IMG/VR virus record: IMGVR_UViG_3300034062_002410
Span: 1-64,000 of that record
From: a virus
Strand: one strand, 5' to 3'
DNA length: 64,000 nucleotides
Position numbers and translations under genes: made by a program
Notes under the pieces: model-generated
The model's input: only the letters and a program-made list of their open reading frames with translations
Told to the model about the DNA's origin: nothing
The model's database searches: none
In this document: piece after piece, positions 46,353 through 55,437 of the stretch
How positions within the stretch are numbered: position 1 is the stretch's first letter
Layout of the letters: every line of letters starts with the position of its first letter

Positions 46353-46549
46353 TAGTCTTCTTCGTGTTCTTCTATCTTATTTAAACAATATTCTTTTGTA
46401 GCAAGATATCCTTCTCTTTTTTGCTTAAGATATTGGATAGTTTCAAATGACATATTTAGTTCTGTTTTTAACAATGTAAAATCAATAAACTCAATAAGTC
46501 CTTTTGCTCTTTCAAGTTGTCTATAATAATGCTCTCTCATTGCTTTCAT
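46352..46549 (-). CDS. hypothetical protein
   Basis: 65-aa ORF with TAATG coupling to the next gene. Confidence 0.55.
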   Translation of the reverse strand: MKAMREHYYRQLERAKGLIEFIDFTLLKTELNMSFETIQYLKQKREGYLATKEYCLNKIEEHEED

Positions 46550-46560
46550 TTTTATTAGGT

Positions 46561-47139
46561 TTAAACATCATATTTATATAATTTATACTGCTTGATTATA
46601 CTAATTAAGCATTTAGCATAATGTGGAGCAGTAGCATATCCACATTTTTTAAGTTGTCTTGCCCAACACTCATAATCTCTGTTACATTTTCTACAAGGTT
46701 TATATCTTTGTAACATTAACAATTTAGAATGGTCACGATAACTCCACCAAGCAGATTTATATACTACAAACTTATCTGTGGGAGAATCATCAGCATATAT
46801 TGCATACTTTTCTTTTCTACCTTTAATCCATTTCATTCCAAAATGATTATTGCATTTTGCTGATAAGCTACTTTGACCTGCATTAGATTCTAAAATACCT
46901 TGAGCTAAAGTAATAGATGCAGGAATACCATATAATTTTTGTTCTTTAATAGCAACTCTTTTATATTTTTCAATATATTGATTTACTAATTCTACTTTGG
47001 TAATTTTACTTTTCTTAGCTAACTCTTGTTTCTCTTTCTTAGTGAAACCATTACCTGTTGCTGTTGCAGGATTTGCAGCTCTTTTAAAGCTAAATGAAAT
47101 AAATCCTACTATAAGGATTAAAATTAATACTTTTTTCAT
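46561..47139 (-). CDS. GH73 glucosaminidase with N-terminal signal peptide
   Basis: MKKVLILILIVGFISF leader; IPASITLAQGILES, NNHFGMK and GYATAPHYA motifs. Confidence 0.9.
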   Translation of the reverse strand: MKKVLILILIVGFISFSFKRAANPATATGNGFTKKEKQELAKKSKITKVELVNQYIEKYKRVAIKEQKLYGIPASITLAQGILESNAGQSSLSAKCNNHFGMKWIKGRKEKYAIYADDSPTDKFVVYKSAWWSYRDHSKLLMLQRYKPCRKCNRDYECWARQLKKCGYATAPHYAKCLISIIKQYKLYKYDV

Positions 47140-47159
47140 ACTTTCTAATTTTTTAGTTT

Positions 47160-47417
47160 TTAAATTAATTGACTTTTAAGGTAAATATTAAATTGCATAT
47201 CTACCTCTACTTCCCATTCACTATTGTCATTATCTTCTAAAATATGTAAATCTATATTGTTAATTTCTAATAACTTAAGATTTTCAGCCTCTTCTAATTT
47301 CTTAGTTGCTGCTAATATTGACATAGTGTAAGTGACAGACTTTTCATCTTCTGTTACTATTTTTGATGCACCATCAGTTAAAACGTAAAAATCACTAATC
47401 TTTAATAATTTGAACAT
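47160..47417 (-). CDS. hypothetical protein
   Basis: 85-aa ORF in the co-oriented run. Confidence 0.6.
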   Translation of the reverse strand: MFKLLKISDFYVLTDGASKIVTEDEKSVTYTMSILAATKKLEEAENLKLLEINNIDLHILEDNDNSEWEVEVDMQFNIYLKSQLI

Positions 47418-47433
47418 AGTTTTAGATTTTAAA

Positions 47434-47459
47434 ACAAAAGGGTATTTCTACCCTTTTGT
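47434..47459 (-). terminator. GAAA-loop hairpin (terminator or processing site)
   Basis: ACAAAAGGGTA-GAAA-TACCCTTTTGT on the minus strand, followed by TTT. Confidence 0.6.
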
Positions 47460-47470
47460 GTGTTACAAAA

Positions 47471-48037
47471 TTATAAATCAATAAAAAATTCTTTTTCATC
47501 AATATTGGGTGGTAATTCTAATTCAGCTTCTTCTTTTAATTCTTCAACTTTTAAGTCAGATTTAAAATATTCATTTATTTTTTTAACAAACTTTATCTTA
47601 TAGTTATTATCTTTTACTATTATTGCCTTATCATCATCTGTTAGAGAATCAAGAATTTCTTCATCATTATACATTTTACTATACTTACCTGATAAAAACA
47701 TATTAAGGTCTATAATATTAGGTAATCTGATTACAATCATGTGTAGTCTACCATTTAGTAAATTATCTACTGCATAATCATTTTCATAGTATTCTTGTTC
47801 TCTTACCCATTCAATAACTTCTATAAATTTATTAGTGCATTTCTTAGTATCTATAAGTATGAATATATGTTTTTTATATTCTTCATTAATATAATTGTCA
47901 CTTATACCATAGGCTAATTTAAATACACTACTTAATTTTTTAACACATTCCTCACCATAATATCTTAAACAAGGTTTTACAAATCTTGCTGTTTTATTTA
48001 TAGTGATTTTGCCAAGCTGAATTTTTATCCCTTCCAT
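47471..48037 (-). CDS. hypothetical protein
   Basis: 188-aa ORF downstream of the nuclease; no motif recognised with confidence. Confidence 0.7.
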   Translation of the reverse strand: MEGIKIQLGKITINKTARFVKPCLRYYGEECVKKLSSVFKLAYGISDNYINEEYKKHIFILIDTKKCTNKFIEVIEWVREQEYYENDYAVDNLLNGRLHMIVIRLPNIIDLNMFLSGKYSKMYNDEEILDSLTDDDKAIIVKDNNYKIKFVKKINEYFKSDLKVEELKEEAELELPPNIDEKEFFIDL

Positions 48038-48042
48038 GTAGT

Positions 48043-49101
48043 TTAACTTCTTTGGTAATCTGAATCAATAGTAAATATACCATTGTGAATTTCTATTTCA
48101 TAATCTTTATCCCAGCCATTTTCTTCTTGCCATTTATAGATTTGTAATAGATTTTTCCAACCATACATTTTTATTACTGATTCTTGTGTCCCACTAGCAT
48201 CATTAACATAGTATTGCCTTATTTTAGATGAGCCATATTTACCTGCATTTATAAACTCATTAGTAGTGTTAAATACAATTGGGTCACATTGTTTAGTAGT
48301 AGAAGCAACAATAAATTTAAAATTATCAACTTGATAATCTTTAAGGTTATCATCTCTCCATTTTTCTAAACCTTGTAAGTACCAAGATGCTTGTATATCA
48401 TATCTTCTTCTAAGGCATTGATAATCAAAGAATTTAGTATAATCTCCAATAGTTTTAATATCTATTGGTGTTATAGTTTTAGTTTGAAAATCAACAATTA
48501 CCATATCTAATAATGCTTTACATTCTACATTATTTTCTGTAAAATAAATAGGTAACTGATAGTAAATATTTATATGCTCCTTTGCTATAAAGTAGTCTTT
48601 AGTAAATCTGTGTTCTAATAATTGACTTACAATACTATCTATCTTAAGTATTTGTTCTTTATCTAACACAATTTTACCTTCACTCTGTAATAGTTCATTC
48701 CAATAACTTTCACCTTCTACTGAAACTTTAGTAATCTTAGTGTCAGGTTTCCAATTTGGTTGATAGTTATGTGCTTCAATTGCAGCTAATAGATTATTAT
48801 CAAAGAAATTATCTGATTCTCTGGATTGAAATACCTGTTGTACTATTGACATAATAGTATCACTTGGTTTTACAATGTCAGAAACATAATAATTCTCATC
48901 AAAATAATCTTCTCCCATAGTAATAAAATCATCTACTGCTTTACCAATCAAGAAATGTTCTTTTTCTTCAAAGAATAAATCAGGTTCCTTAACTTCTTGA
49001 AATGCTTGTGCACTTATACTTAGAAGTTTTAACTTACTCTGATTCATTGCAGGTGAATTTATATACTCCTGTATTTGTTCTTTACTACTTCTTATTATCA
49101 T
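48043..49101 (-). CDS. PD-(D/E)XK exonuclease (RecE/DUF3799-like)
   Basis: NQSKLK, CKALLDMVIVD...PIDIKT and RYDIQASWY motifs. Confidence 0.8.
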   Translation of the reverse strand: MIIRSSKEQIQEYINSPAMNQSKLKLLSISAQAFQEVKEPDLFFEEKEHFLIGKAVDDFITMGEDYFDENYYVSDIVKPSDTIMSIVQQVFQSRESDNFFDNNLLAAIEAHNYQPNWKPDTKITKVSVEGESYWNELLQSEGKIVLDKEQILKIDSIVSQLLEHRFTKDYFIAKEHINIYYQLPIYFTENNVECKALLDMVIVDFQTKTITPIDIKTIGDYTKFFDYQCLRRRYDIQASWYLQGLEKWRDDNLKDYQVDNFKFIVASTTKQCDPIVFNTTNEFINAGKYGSSKIRQYYVNDASGTQESVIKMYGWKNLLQIYKWQEENGWDKDYEIEIHNGIFTIDSDYQRS

Positions 49102-49453
49102 AAACTAATTTTAATAATGTGAAAAAATCCTCAAAAGTCATAGTTACCAATGAACTATAATCATCCCTTTTCTTTCCTGGTTTACCTTGCTTATGATGTA
49201 TAAGCACTTTAGGAAATTGTTCTGAAAGTTTAGGAAGCTTAGTATCAATGTTCTTTAAGACCTCTTCAGGTTTCATTCCTTTATGTACTCCTGCTTTAAT
49301 TTGTACAAGTAAAGGAATATTTGCTAAATCTACTCCACCATCATCTAACATTCTTGATGCATATCTGCTTGTTTGACAATCAGGGAATAATTCCTTAAAC
49401 TTTTGGGCATAAAACCTTTCAGCGTTATGCCCTTTGTTTCTATTTTGATTCAT
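49085..49453 (-). CDS. small PD-(D/E)XK nuclease, Holliday junction resolvase-like
   Basis: RNKGHNAER...GVDL...VQIK motif pattern. Confidence 0.65.
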   Translation of the reverse strand: MNQNRNKGHNAERFYAQKFKELFPDCQTSRYASRMLDDGGVDLANIPLLVQIKAGVHKGMKPEEVLKNIDTKLPKLSEQFPKVLIHHKQGKPGKKRDDYSSLVTMTFEDFFTLLKLVYDNKK

Positions 49454-49928
49454 TAATAACTAGTTGTAATTTATCCTGTGATACAATGTAGGTGTCAACA
49501 TACTTACTCAAAGATAAGAGATAATTCATAATTTTAGAATACTTTTTATCAGCTACATATTTCTTATCAATATATAATGCTAAACAAGAATTTCTATAAT
49601 ACTGATACTCTCTTAACTTGATAAAATATTGCTTCTTGTGTTTATTAACTACTTGAGCTACTATATTTAATGTTAAAGAATCAACTATAATGCCTTTAGT
49701 AATAAACAAATCTTCTTTTGGTAAATAAGCTACTTTAGGAGTAGTTGTAAAAAATGCTGTTAATACTTTATCAGTAGATGTTTTATTAGCTTTTACTAAA
49801 TAAATAGTTGTGCCATTATTTCCATTAATGTTATTTGCACTACTAAAAAACTTATCTATATAAATTGTACTACCACTTACATAAGTATCATATCTTGGAA
49901 ATATAACATTGAAATCATCGTGCTTCAT
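49440..49928 (-). CDS. hypothetical protein overlapping the E1 gene
   Basis: 162 aa; overlaps the E1 gene by 14 nt and the downstream nuclease gene by 14 nt. Confidence 0.6.
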   Translation of the reverse strand: MKHDDFNVIFPRYDTYVSGSTIYIDKFFSSANNINGNNGTTIYLVKANKTSTDKVLTAFFTTTPKVAYLPKEDLFITKGIIVDSLTLNIVAQVVNKHKKQYFIKLREYQYYRNSCLALYIDKKYVADKKYSKIMNYLLSLSKYVDTYIVSQDKLQLVINESK

Positions 49929-50673
49929 AATTTTCAGTTAGTTTATTGAATGGTATAATGTAATCCCACATATAAGGAATCTTGAATACATTATCATCCC
50001 ACTCTGTAACATTAGAAATAATGTTTGTGACAAAACCTGTAATATGAGTAGCAATCATAGCTGCACCATGAGATACTTGTTTCATTGTACACATTAAATC
50101 TTCAACATCTGAATCTGCAAATAAATGATTATCAATATAATCCATATGAAACTGTTGATTATCACCAGGAATACAATAAATTCTCATTTGTTCCATCAAT
50201 AATCTACCATCTACAAACCAAATTTTATCTGGAGTTACAGAAGAATATTCATTGTTACAAACAGCAAGAAACTTTTCAAATAATAATTTTCTAGCTTCCA
50301 TATTGTCAAATGCAGAAATAATTATGATTGGAGATTCTCTACTTGCATAACCTCCTCTGGTATTAATCAAATTATATAGATTAGTTTCTTGAACAAGTTT
50401 CTCATTTCTATATGTAAATGAATAATCATTATCGTTAAATAAAGCAATAGTATTATGCAAAGCAATAACTTTAGATTCACCTATATCCTGATGTAAAAAC
50501 ATTTGTCCACCAAGATTATGTTCTTCTACTAAGTCATAATCTACACTTAATACATTAAAACCTGCTCTTGTTAAAAAGAAACTTGTCCAAGAACCTATAC
50601 CACCTGCACCAAATACTAATATTCTTGCTGGCTTGTTATACCACAATGCATCTTTGAACCTATCTTTACTCAT
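49915..50673 (-). CDS. ThiF/MoeB/E1-like adenylating enzyme
   Basis: GAGGIG nucleotide-binding loop, DYDLVEEHNLGGQ, SAFDNMEARK, VDGR and a candidate catalytic Cys in DLMCTMKQ. Confidence 0.9.
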   Translation of the reverse strand: MSKDRFKDALWYNKPARILVFGAGGIGSWTSFFLTRAGFNVLSVDYDLVEEHNLGGQMFLHQDIGESKVIALHNTIALFNDNDYSFTYRNEKLVQETNLYNLINTRGGYASRESPIIIISAFDNMEARKLLFEKFLAVCNNEYSSVTPDKIWFVDGRLLMEQMRIYCIPGDNQQFHMDYIDNHLFADSDVEDLMCTMKQVSHGAAMIATHITGFVTNIISNVTEWDDNVFKIPYMWDYIIPFNKLTENYEAR

Positions 50674-50674
50674 A

Positions 50675-51739
50675 TTACAATGTGTTTTCTTCTGTTAACA
50701 ATTCTATCAATTCACTCAACACAACAAATTCATCAGCACTAAATATTAACTCCTCAATAAACTCTTCCCAAGTATCATCTAATTCAGATTTAAGAATAAA
50801 TGGTTTTCCATAATACTCACCCATCCATTTCTTAAAATTAGATTTTATAGAAGCAGCATAATCATGTAGATTAAAATCTTGAAATTGAGTTACTGAATTT
50901 TCTAAATCTTCTAATGCTTGTTCTAAATTATCATTTGGAACATCCATACCTAATCTTAGAATTTTACAAAACAATGGTTCTGATGCATTAAACAAACTAA
51001 CTCCTTCAGAAGGCATTGCACTTGTATCTTGCCACCAAGTAGCTTCATCAAATAACTCTGTCTGAGTATATTTAGAATTAGATTTAGGTTTATAAAATTC
51101 AATCTTTGGAACAGGTTTAGGCTTGTTAATAGCTGTAAACTGATTTAAGAATGTTTCATCTACATTCCAAGTAGTTTCAGGTAGAACTATTTTACAATTA
51201 TAATTACCTACATATTCATCTTCTTCTGTTGATGATAATGTAGTTATAGAATTATCAATATTTTGAAACTCAAATGTTGTAGGTGTAACTGTTTTAATTC
51301 TAAATGCAATCTTTGCAGAAAACTCATGTCTATTATTTACAATAATACTTAGATAAGGCTTAATGTGTTCAGAGTTTTCTACAACTTCATCTGTATCTGT
51401 ACCTGAAAAGAATGTTTTCATGTTGTGATGTGAATGAAGATGTCCTATCTTTAAATGAAAATAATCTTTTTCCATCATATAAGATAATACTCTTTGGTCA
51501 AAAGAATACTCAGTAAATCCTGCACTACCTTTATCTAATGGAATCATATCCTCCACTTTAATATAGACAGTTTCAGGTTTTGCAAGGTCACCTTCAATTG
51601 AATAAAATGTACAACCACTCCATTCTACTTCATTGATGTAAGAACATAAGTATTGTATCTTTTCCCAAACTAAATGGGATAATTTTACAGGAATTATGTA
51701 CTCAAAATCATACAGTTTCAACTTTTTTATATTTTTCAT
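50675..51739 (-). CDS. JAB/MPN+ metallopeptidase (deubiquitinase-like)
   Basis: N-terminal EWSG glutamate and GHLHSHHNMKTFFSGTD (HxH...SxxD JAMM motif); acidic C-terminal extension. Confidence 0.85.
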   Translation of the reverse strand: MKNIKKLKLYDFEYIIPVKLSHLVWEKIQYLCSYINEVEWSGCTFYSIEGDLAKPETVYIKVEDMIPLDKGSAGFTEYSFDQRVLSYMMEKDYFHLKIGHLHSHHNMKTFFSGTDTDEVVENSEHIKPYLSIIVNNRHEFSAKIAFRIKTVTPTTFEFQNIDNSITTLSSTEEDEYVGNYNCKIVLPETTWNVDETFLNQFTAINKPKPVPKIEFYKPKSNSKYTQTELFDEATWWQDTSAMPSEGVSLFNASEPLFCKILRLGMDVPNDNLEQALEDLENSVTQFQDFNLHDYAASIKSNFKKWMGEYYGKPFILKSELDDTWEEFIEELIFSADEFVVLSELIELLTEENTL

Positions 51740-52931
51740 TTGCTAAATAATTTAGAATTTTATTATAATAATGATTTTCATTCAACTTGTTATAAATATA
51801 ACAAAGTGCTGGTTTAGTAATTTTAACTTCAAAGTTATCAGTTAATGATGCATTAGTTAATATTACAGGTCTTCTAGTTTTTTTAAATAAAACATACTTA
51901 CCTTCAATTTTATATTTCAAATCTACTGAACCAAGTTTGTTTACTACTTCTCCATTAGAATAGATAATAAAACTAAATGGATAACTTGAAAAAGAAAAAC
52001 CAGCTGAAATAAGTAACCCAACTAAAATCTTTTCAAAATAATCATCTTTAAATACTAATTCATTATTAATTAAGAAAATAGCATTCTCTTTAACTAGTCC
52101 ATCTATTAATAAATAAAGATACTTATTGTCAAAACTCCTAGTAATGTACTTAGTCAAATTAAACAATTCAATTACTGATGATTTAACTACTGTATTATCT
52201 GTAAGATATGACATTTTGATATATGGACCACCCTCTAATGACTCATACTGCAAATATGCTTTAAGATTGAGAAGAAATAAGTTAAATACATTTGGTATTT
52301 CTTCTTTATTCTTATTCAATATTTGTTCATATAACATCATCATTGACATAGTAATATCAGTACCTGAACCTAAACAAAAATTAGTAAAACCAACTGTAGC
52401 AGAAGAAGGTAAATGAGAATGACTATAATTCTTTTCAAGTTGTAATTCTGTAAAACTACCTCTCCTACCTAATAATCCTTTGTTATGTATATCACCTTGT
52501 TGAGTAATATGAAATTGTACATACATATCTGTTATGTGAATAGACCTATTAAGTTTATTAGTAACTTTTAATTCAGGATAATGTATTACAACAGTTAATC
52601 TAGGATAATAATGCATTATTTCAAAGTATAAATCACCATTATATGTAGTATTTATATATTCAAAATAGTTAAATGGAATTTTAGCATTAGTTTGATGATT
52701 TAAAATTCCAAAAGTATCAGATAATGCATGTACATTACAATCATAAGATAAATATATATCATAATCATATCCTTGTTTGTCTAACTCAGTTTTAATGATA
52801 TTGTAAAACCAAAATATGCTTGATAAATTTTTATTTAATGTTTTGTAATACAGCAAGTTATTGATTCTGTTTAAATCTACATTACGTTTTTGATTATTTT
52901 GATTATAAAACAATGATGCTATTCCTAACAT
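51708..52931 (-). CDS. prokaryotic E2/UBC-like conjugating enzyme
   Basis: YSHSHLP...FTNFCLGSG resembles the E2 HPN/HPH...C active-site pattern; lies between the Ubl and JAB genes. Confidence 0.65.
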   Translation of the reverse strand: MLGIASLFYNQNNQKRNVDLNRINNLLYYKTLNKNLSSIFWFYNIIKTELDKQGYDYDIYLSYDCNVHALSDTFGILNHQTNAKIPFNYFEYINTTYNGDLYFEIMHYYPRLTVVIHYPELKVTNKLNRSIHITDMYVQFHITQQGDIHNKGLLGRRGSFTELQLEKNYSHSHLPSSATVGFTNFCLGSGTDITMSMMMLYEQILNKNKEEIPNVFNLFLLNLKAYLQYESLEGGPYIKMSYLTDNTVVKSSVIELFNLTKYITRSFDNKYLYLLIDGLVKENAIFLINNELVFKDDYFEKILVGLLISAGFSFSSYPFSFIIYSNGEVVNKLGSVDLKYKIEGKYVLFKKTRRPVILTNASLTDNFEVKITKPALCYIYNKLNENHYYNKILNYLANEKYKKVETV

Positions 52932-52944
52932 ATAGATATAAATT

Positions 52945-52975
52945 AAAAAGAGCCTGATTGTTAGTCAGGCTCTTT
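52945..52975 (-). terminator. terminator/attenuator hairpin between the Ubl and E2 genes
   Basis: Minus strand AAAGAGCCTGACT-AACA-ATCAGGCTCTTTTT. Confidence 0.65.
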
Positions 52976-52989
52976 AGTTAGAAAATAAT

Positions 52990-53637
52990 TTAAATCTTTC
53001 CTTTCATCTTACTAATCCACTCATTTTCTGCATCTGTAAGTAAATCTGACTTTGTATTCATAGACTCACAAATAGTAGCAGCAGATACATGACCATTAAT
53101 AAGGTCAAATGCAAGTTCAAAATCATCTTTTCTTGCTTTATACTCATTACTAAAACGTAATGTATTTATAGCAGATTCTAAAAGGTGAGATTCATCTTCT
53201 TCATCCTCATTGTCATAATTATCTTCAACATACTCTTCTTCATAATCATCATCTTCACTTTCATTTTTCCAAGATAACAAAAGAGCTTCTAACTCATCTT
53301 TAGATTTGTTAGTGTAGTTTTTGTTACCTGCATTAAAATGCTCGTGTGCAGCTTTTTTGTCATCTTCAAATGCTTGTTTGATTTGTAGTCTTATCTCACT
53401 ATAAGATAATCCACCACTCTTAGTTTTCTTAGGAGCTAGCATTAGTACAAATTCGCCATCAGGAAGAACAGCTTCATCTAACTCTAAGTTAGAATTGTTT
53501 TTGTTCTCTACTGCTGTCATATCAGATACTGAATAACCTTTATTAGTCAATTCATTTTTAAGTTGACCCCAGTTAGTTGCATTAGAGTCTACTACTGCGA
53601 TACCTGTTGCAGTAGAATAAATTTTAATTTTTCTCAT
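52990..53637 (-). CDS. ubiquitin-like (beta-grasp) protein precursor with C-terminal extension
   Basis: Residues 1-76 follow a strand-strand-helix-strand pattern (RKIKIYS; IAVVDS; TNWGQLKNEL; FVLMLAP) and end KKTKSGG; a helical and acidic tail follows. Confidence 0.65.
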   Translation of the reverse strand: MRKIKIYSTATGIAVVDSNATNWGQLKNELTNKGYSVSDMTAVENKNNSNLELDEAVLPDGEFVLMLAPKKTKSGGLSYSEIRLQIKQAFEDDKKAAHEHFNAGNKNYTNKSKDELEALLLSWKNESEDDDYEEEYVEDNYDNEDEEDESHLLESAINTLRFSNEYKARKDDFELAFDLINGHVSAATICESMNTKSDLLTDAENEWISKMKGKI

Positions 53638-53649
53638 TGTCTTAATAGT

Positions 53650-54624
53650 TTAAAATAAAAAATTGATTAATTCTTGTTTTTTTCCTGCTTTAATAATGTC
53701 TGCAGGATCTTTTTCATCAAATGGTAATACTACACTTATAGCTTTAGAACTATAATGATTGTTAATATATTTTACTACTTTGTTAGATGCAGGTATACCA
53801 GCTTTATCATTGTCAAATAATACTATTACTTGATTAAATACTGAAATATACATTGATAATATTGATATATCAGGTAACATACCTTCATTTTGAAAATATA
53901 TAGCATCTTTACCAAGATTAGTTAACACTCTCCAATCTTTATAACTCTTAGTTATATATAATGTATCACCTACAAATGGAAGATTCTTTGTACCACCAAT
54001 AGTATTTTTAGTAGTATTAGTTATCCATTTATATTCTTTAGATTTTGGCTTACATATTTTAATACCTTCACTTTTATATGAAATAGTGTAGGTAGTTTCT
54101 TGTGGAAAAGGTGTAAATATGTTTCCATTAACTTTAAACCATTTGGTAGCAAATATATTATCTGCTATAAGTTGGGAACTTGTTATCTCATATTGTGACC
54201 AATATGTTTTATGATAATCATCAAATGGCTTAGGACAAAACTCTAACAATTTAGATGAAGATGTGGTAGATACAATGGATTGTGATTGTGATTTATAATC
54301 TACATATTCTGATTTACCTTTAAATGAATTGTTATCCATTATATAAGTTATAGCATCTTTTAATGATAAGTTATAATACTCTTGTATTATACCAATAGCA
54401 TCTAAATTTACTACACCATAAGTACTTGCAAAATCAGTAAAATATAATTTACCATTTCTCCATTGTATCCAACATCCAGGGCTATCATCAATTCTAAAAG
54501 GACTTTTTATATATACATTAGTTTCAAATTGACCAAAAACATGATTAAATATTTGTTCTTGGTTAATGTATTTAAATACATCTTCTATTGATGAAAATGT
54601 AAAATCATCTTGATAGCCATACAT
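53650..54624 (-). CDS. DnaG-family primase (crAss-like)
   Basis: SPFRIDDSPGC N-terminal region; TOPRIM motifs ITKSYKD, FDNDKAG and KDPAD. Confidence 0.85.
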   Translation of the reverse strand: MYGYQDDFTFSSIEDVFKYINQEQIFNHVFGQFETNVYIKSPFRIDDSPGCWIQWRNGKLYFTDFASTYGVVNLDAIGIIQEYYNLSLKDAITYIMDNNSFKGKSEYVDYKSQSQSIVSTTSSSKLLEFCPKPFDDYHKTYWSQYEITSSQLIADNIFATKWFKVNGNIFTPFPQETTYTISYKSEGIKICKPKSKEYKWITNTTKNTIGGTKNLPFVGDTLYITKSYKDWRVLTNLGKDAIYFQNEGMLPDISILSMYISVFNQVIVLFDNDKAGIPASNKVVKYINNHYSSKAISVVLPFDEKDPADIIKAGKKQELINFLF

Positions 54625-54651
54625 GGGTTAATGTTTATTGGTTAAATAAAA

Positions 54652-55437
54652 CTAGTCCCAAGAACTTTGAATTGGTTCTGTTCCATCAGTAGCTTTAGCA
54701 AAATTAGAAGTCATAAACCAATCAGTTCTTGTTACTGGGTGAAGTACAAAGTTACCATTATCTTCTTTTACATAAATCAAACCTTTATTAGAATCTACTG
54801 TTATAGTAGCATCTCCAATACTAAGATTAAATTTCTTAGCTCCACCATTAGTTACAGGATAATCTGTACCTCTAAATGTAAAAGTCATAGCTTTACCATC
54901 AATAGTGATAGGCTCATAGTTACCTTCTTCAGCAAATACAAATACTTTACCTTGTTTTACATTAGATGGGATTTCTACATACTTAGTACCATTGTCATTC
55001 TTAGAAGTCCATTGATATTGACAAAATACATCTAAGTTAATAGAACTAAAATCAGTAGGTAATAACTTAGCAAGAGCATTACAGTAAGATTTAAAGTTAG
55101 ATACTCCCAATAATCCTTGTTTTAAATCTTCTTCAGTTATAAAACATTTCATTAATTGAGAAATCTTAGCATTAAATTCATTAAATGCAGCTCTCATTTC
55201 ATTACTGCGAGGGTCAGTAATTTTGTTGCCATTTTTATCAATAGCTTGAGTTACAGGAAATTGACGCCAGTTTTTAACTGCTCCTCCTGAAAATTCAAAT
55301 GCAATATCAATACATTCCTGAGCAGCACCATCTTTGCCACCATTAGGATTAAACTCAAACTTCGTCATCTTAACTCCTTGGTTAAGACCAAAATTCATTG
55401 AACTTGATGATTTCTCATCATTTGCATATCCATACAT
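54652..55437 (-). CDS. hypothetical replication-module protein (SSB-like candidate)
   Basis: Located between the AAA ATPase region and primase; beta-rich N-terminus; the function is inferred from context only. Confidence 0.45.
   Translation of the reverse strand: MYGYANDEKSSSSMNFGLNQGVKMTKFEFNPNGGKDGAAQECIDIAFEFSGGAVKNWRQFPVTQAIDKNGNKITDPRSNEMRAAFNEFNAKISQLMKCFITEEDLKQGLLGVSNFKSYCNALAKLLPTDFSSINLDVFCQYQWTSKNDNGTKYVEIPSNVKQGKVFVFAEEGNYEPITIDGKAMTFTFRGTDYPVTNGGAKKFNLSIGDATITVDSNKGLIYVKEDNGNFVLHPVTRTDWFMTSNFAKATDGTEPIQSSWD

Noticed and set aside
49915-50673. ThiF as a thiamine/molybdopterin biosynthesis auxiliary gene
   Set aside because: No ThiS/ThiG/MoaD/MoaE partners in the window; the neighbours are E2-like, JAB and Ubl genes.
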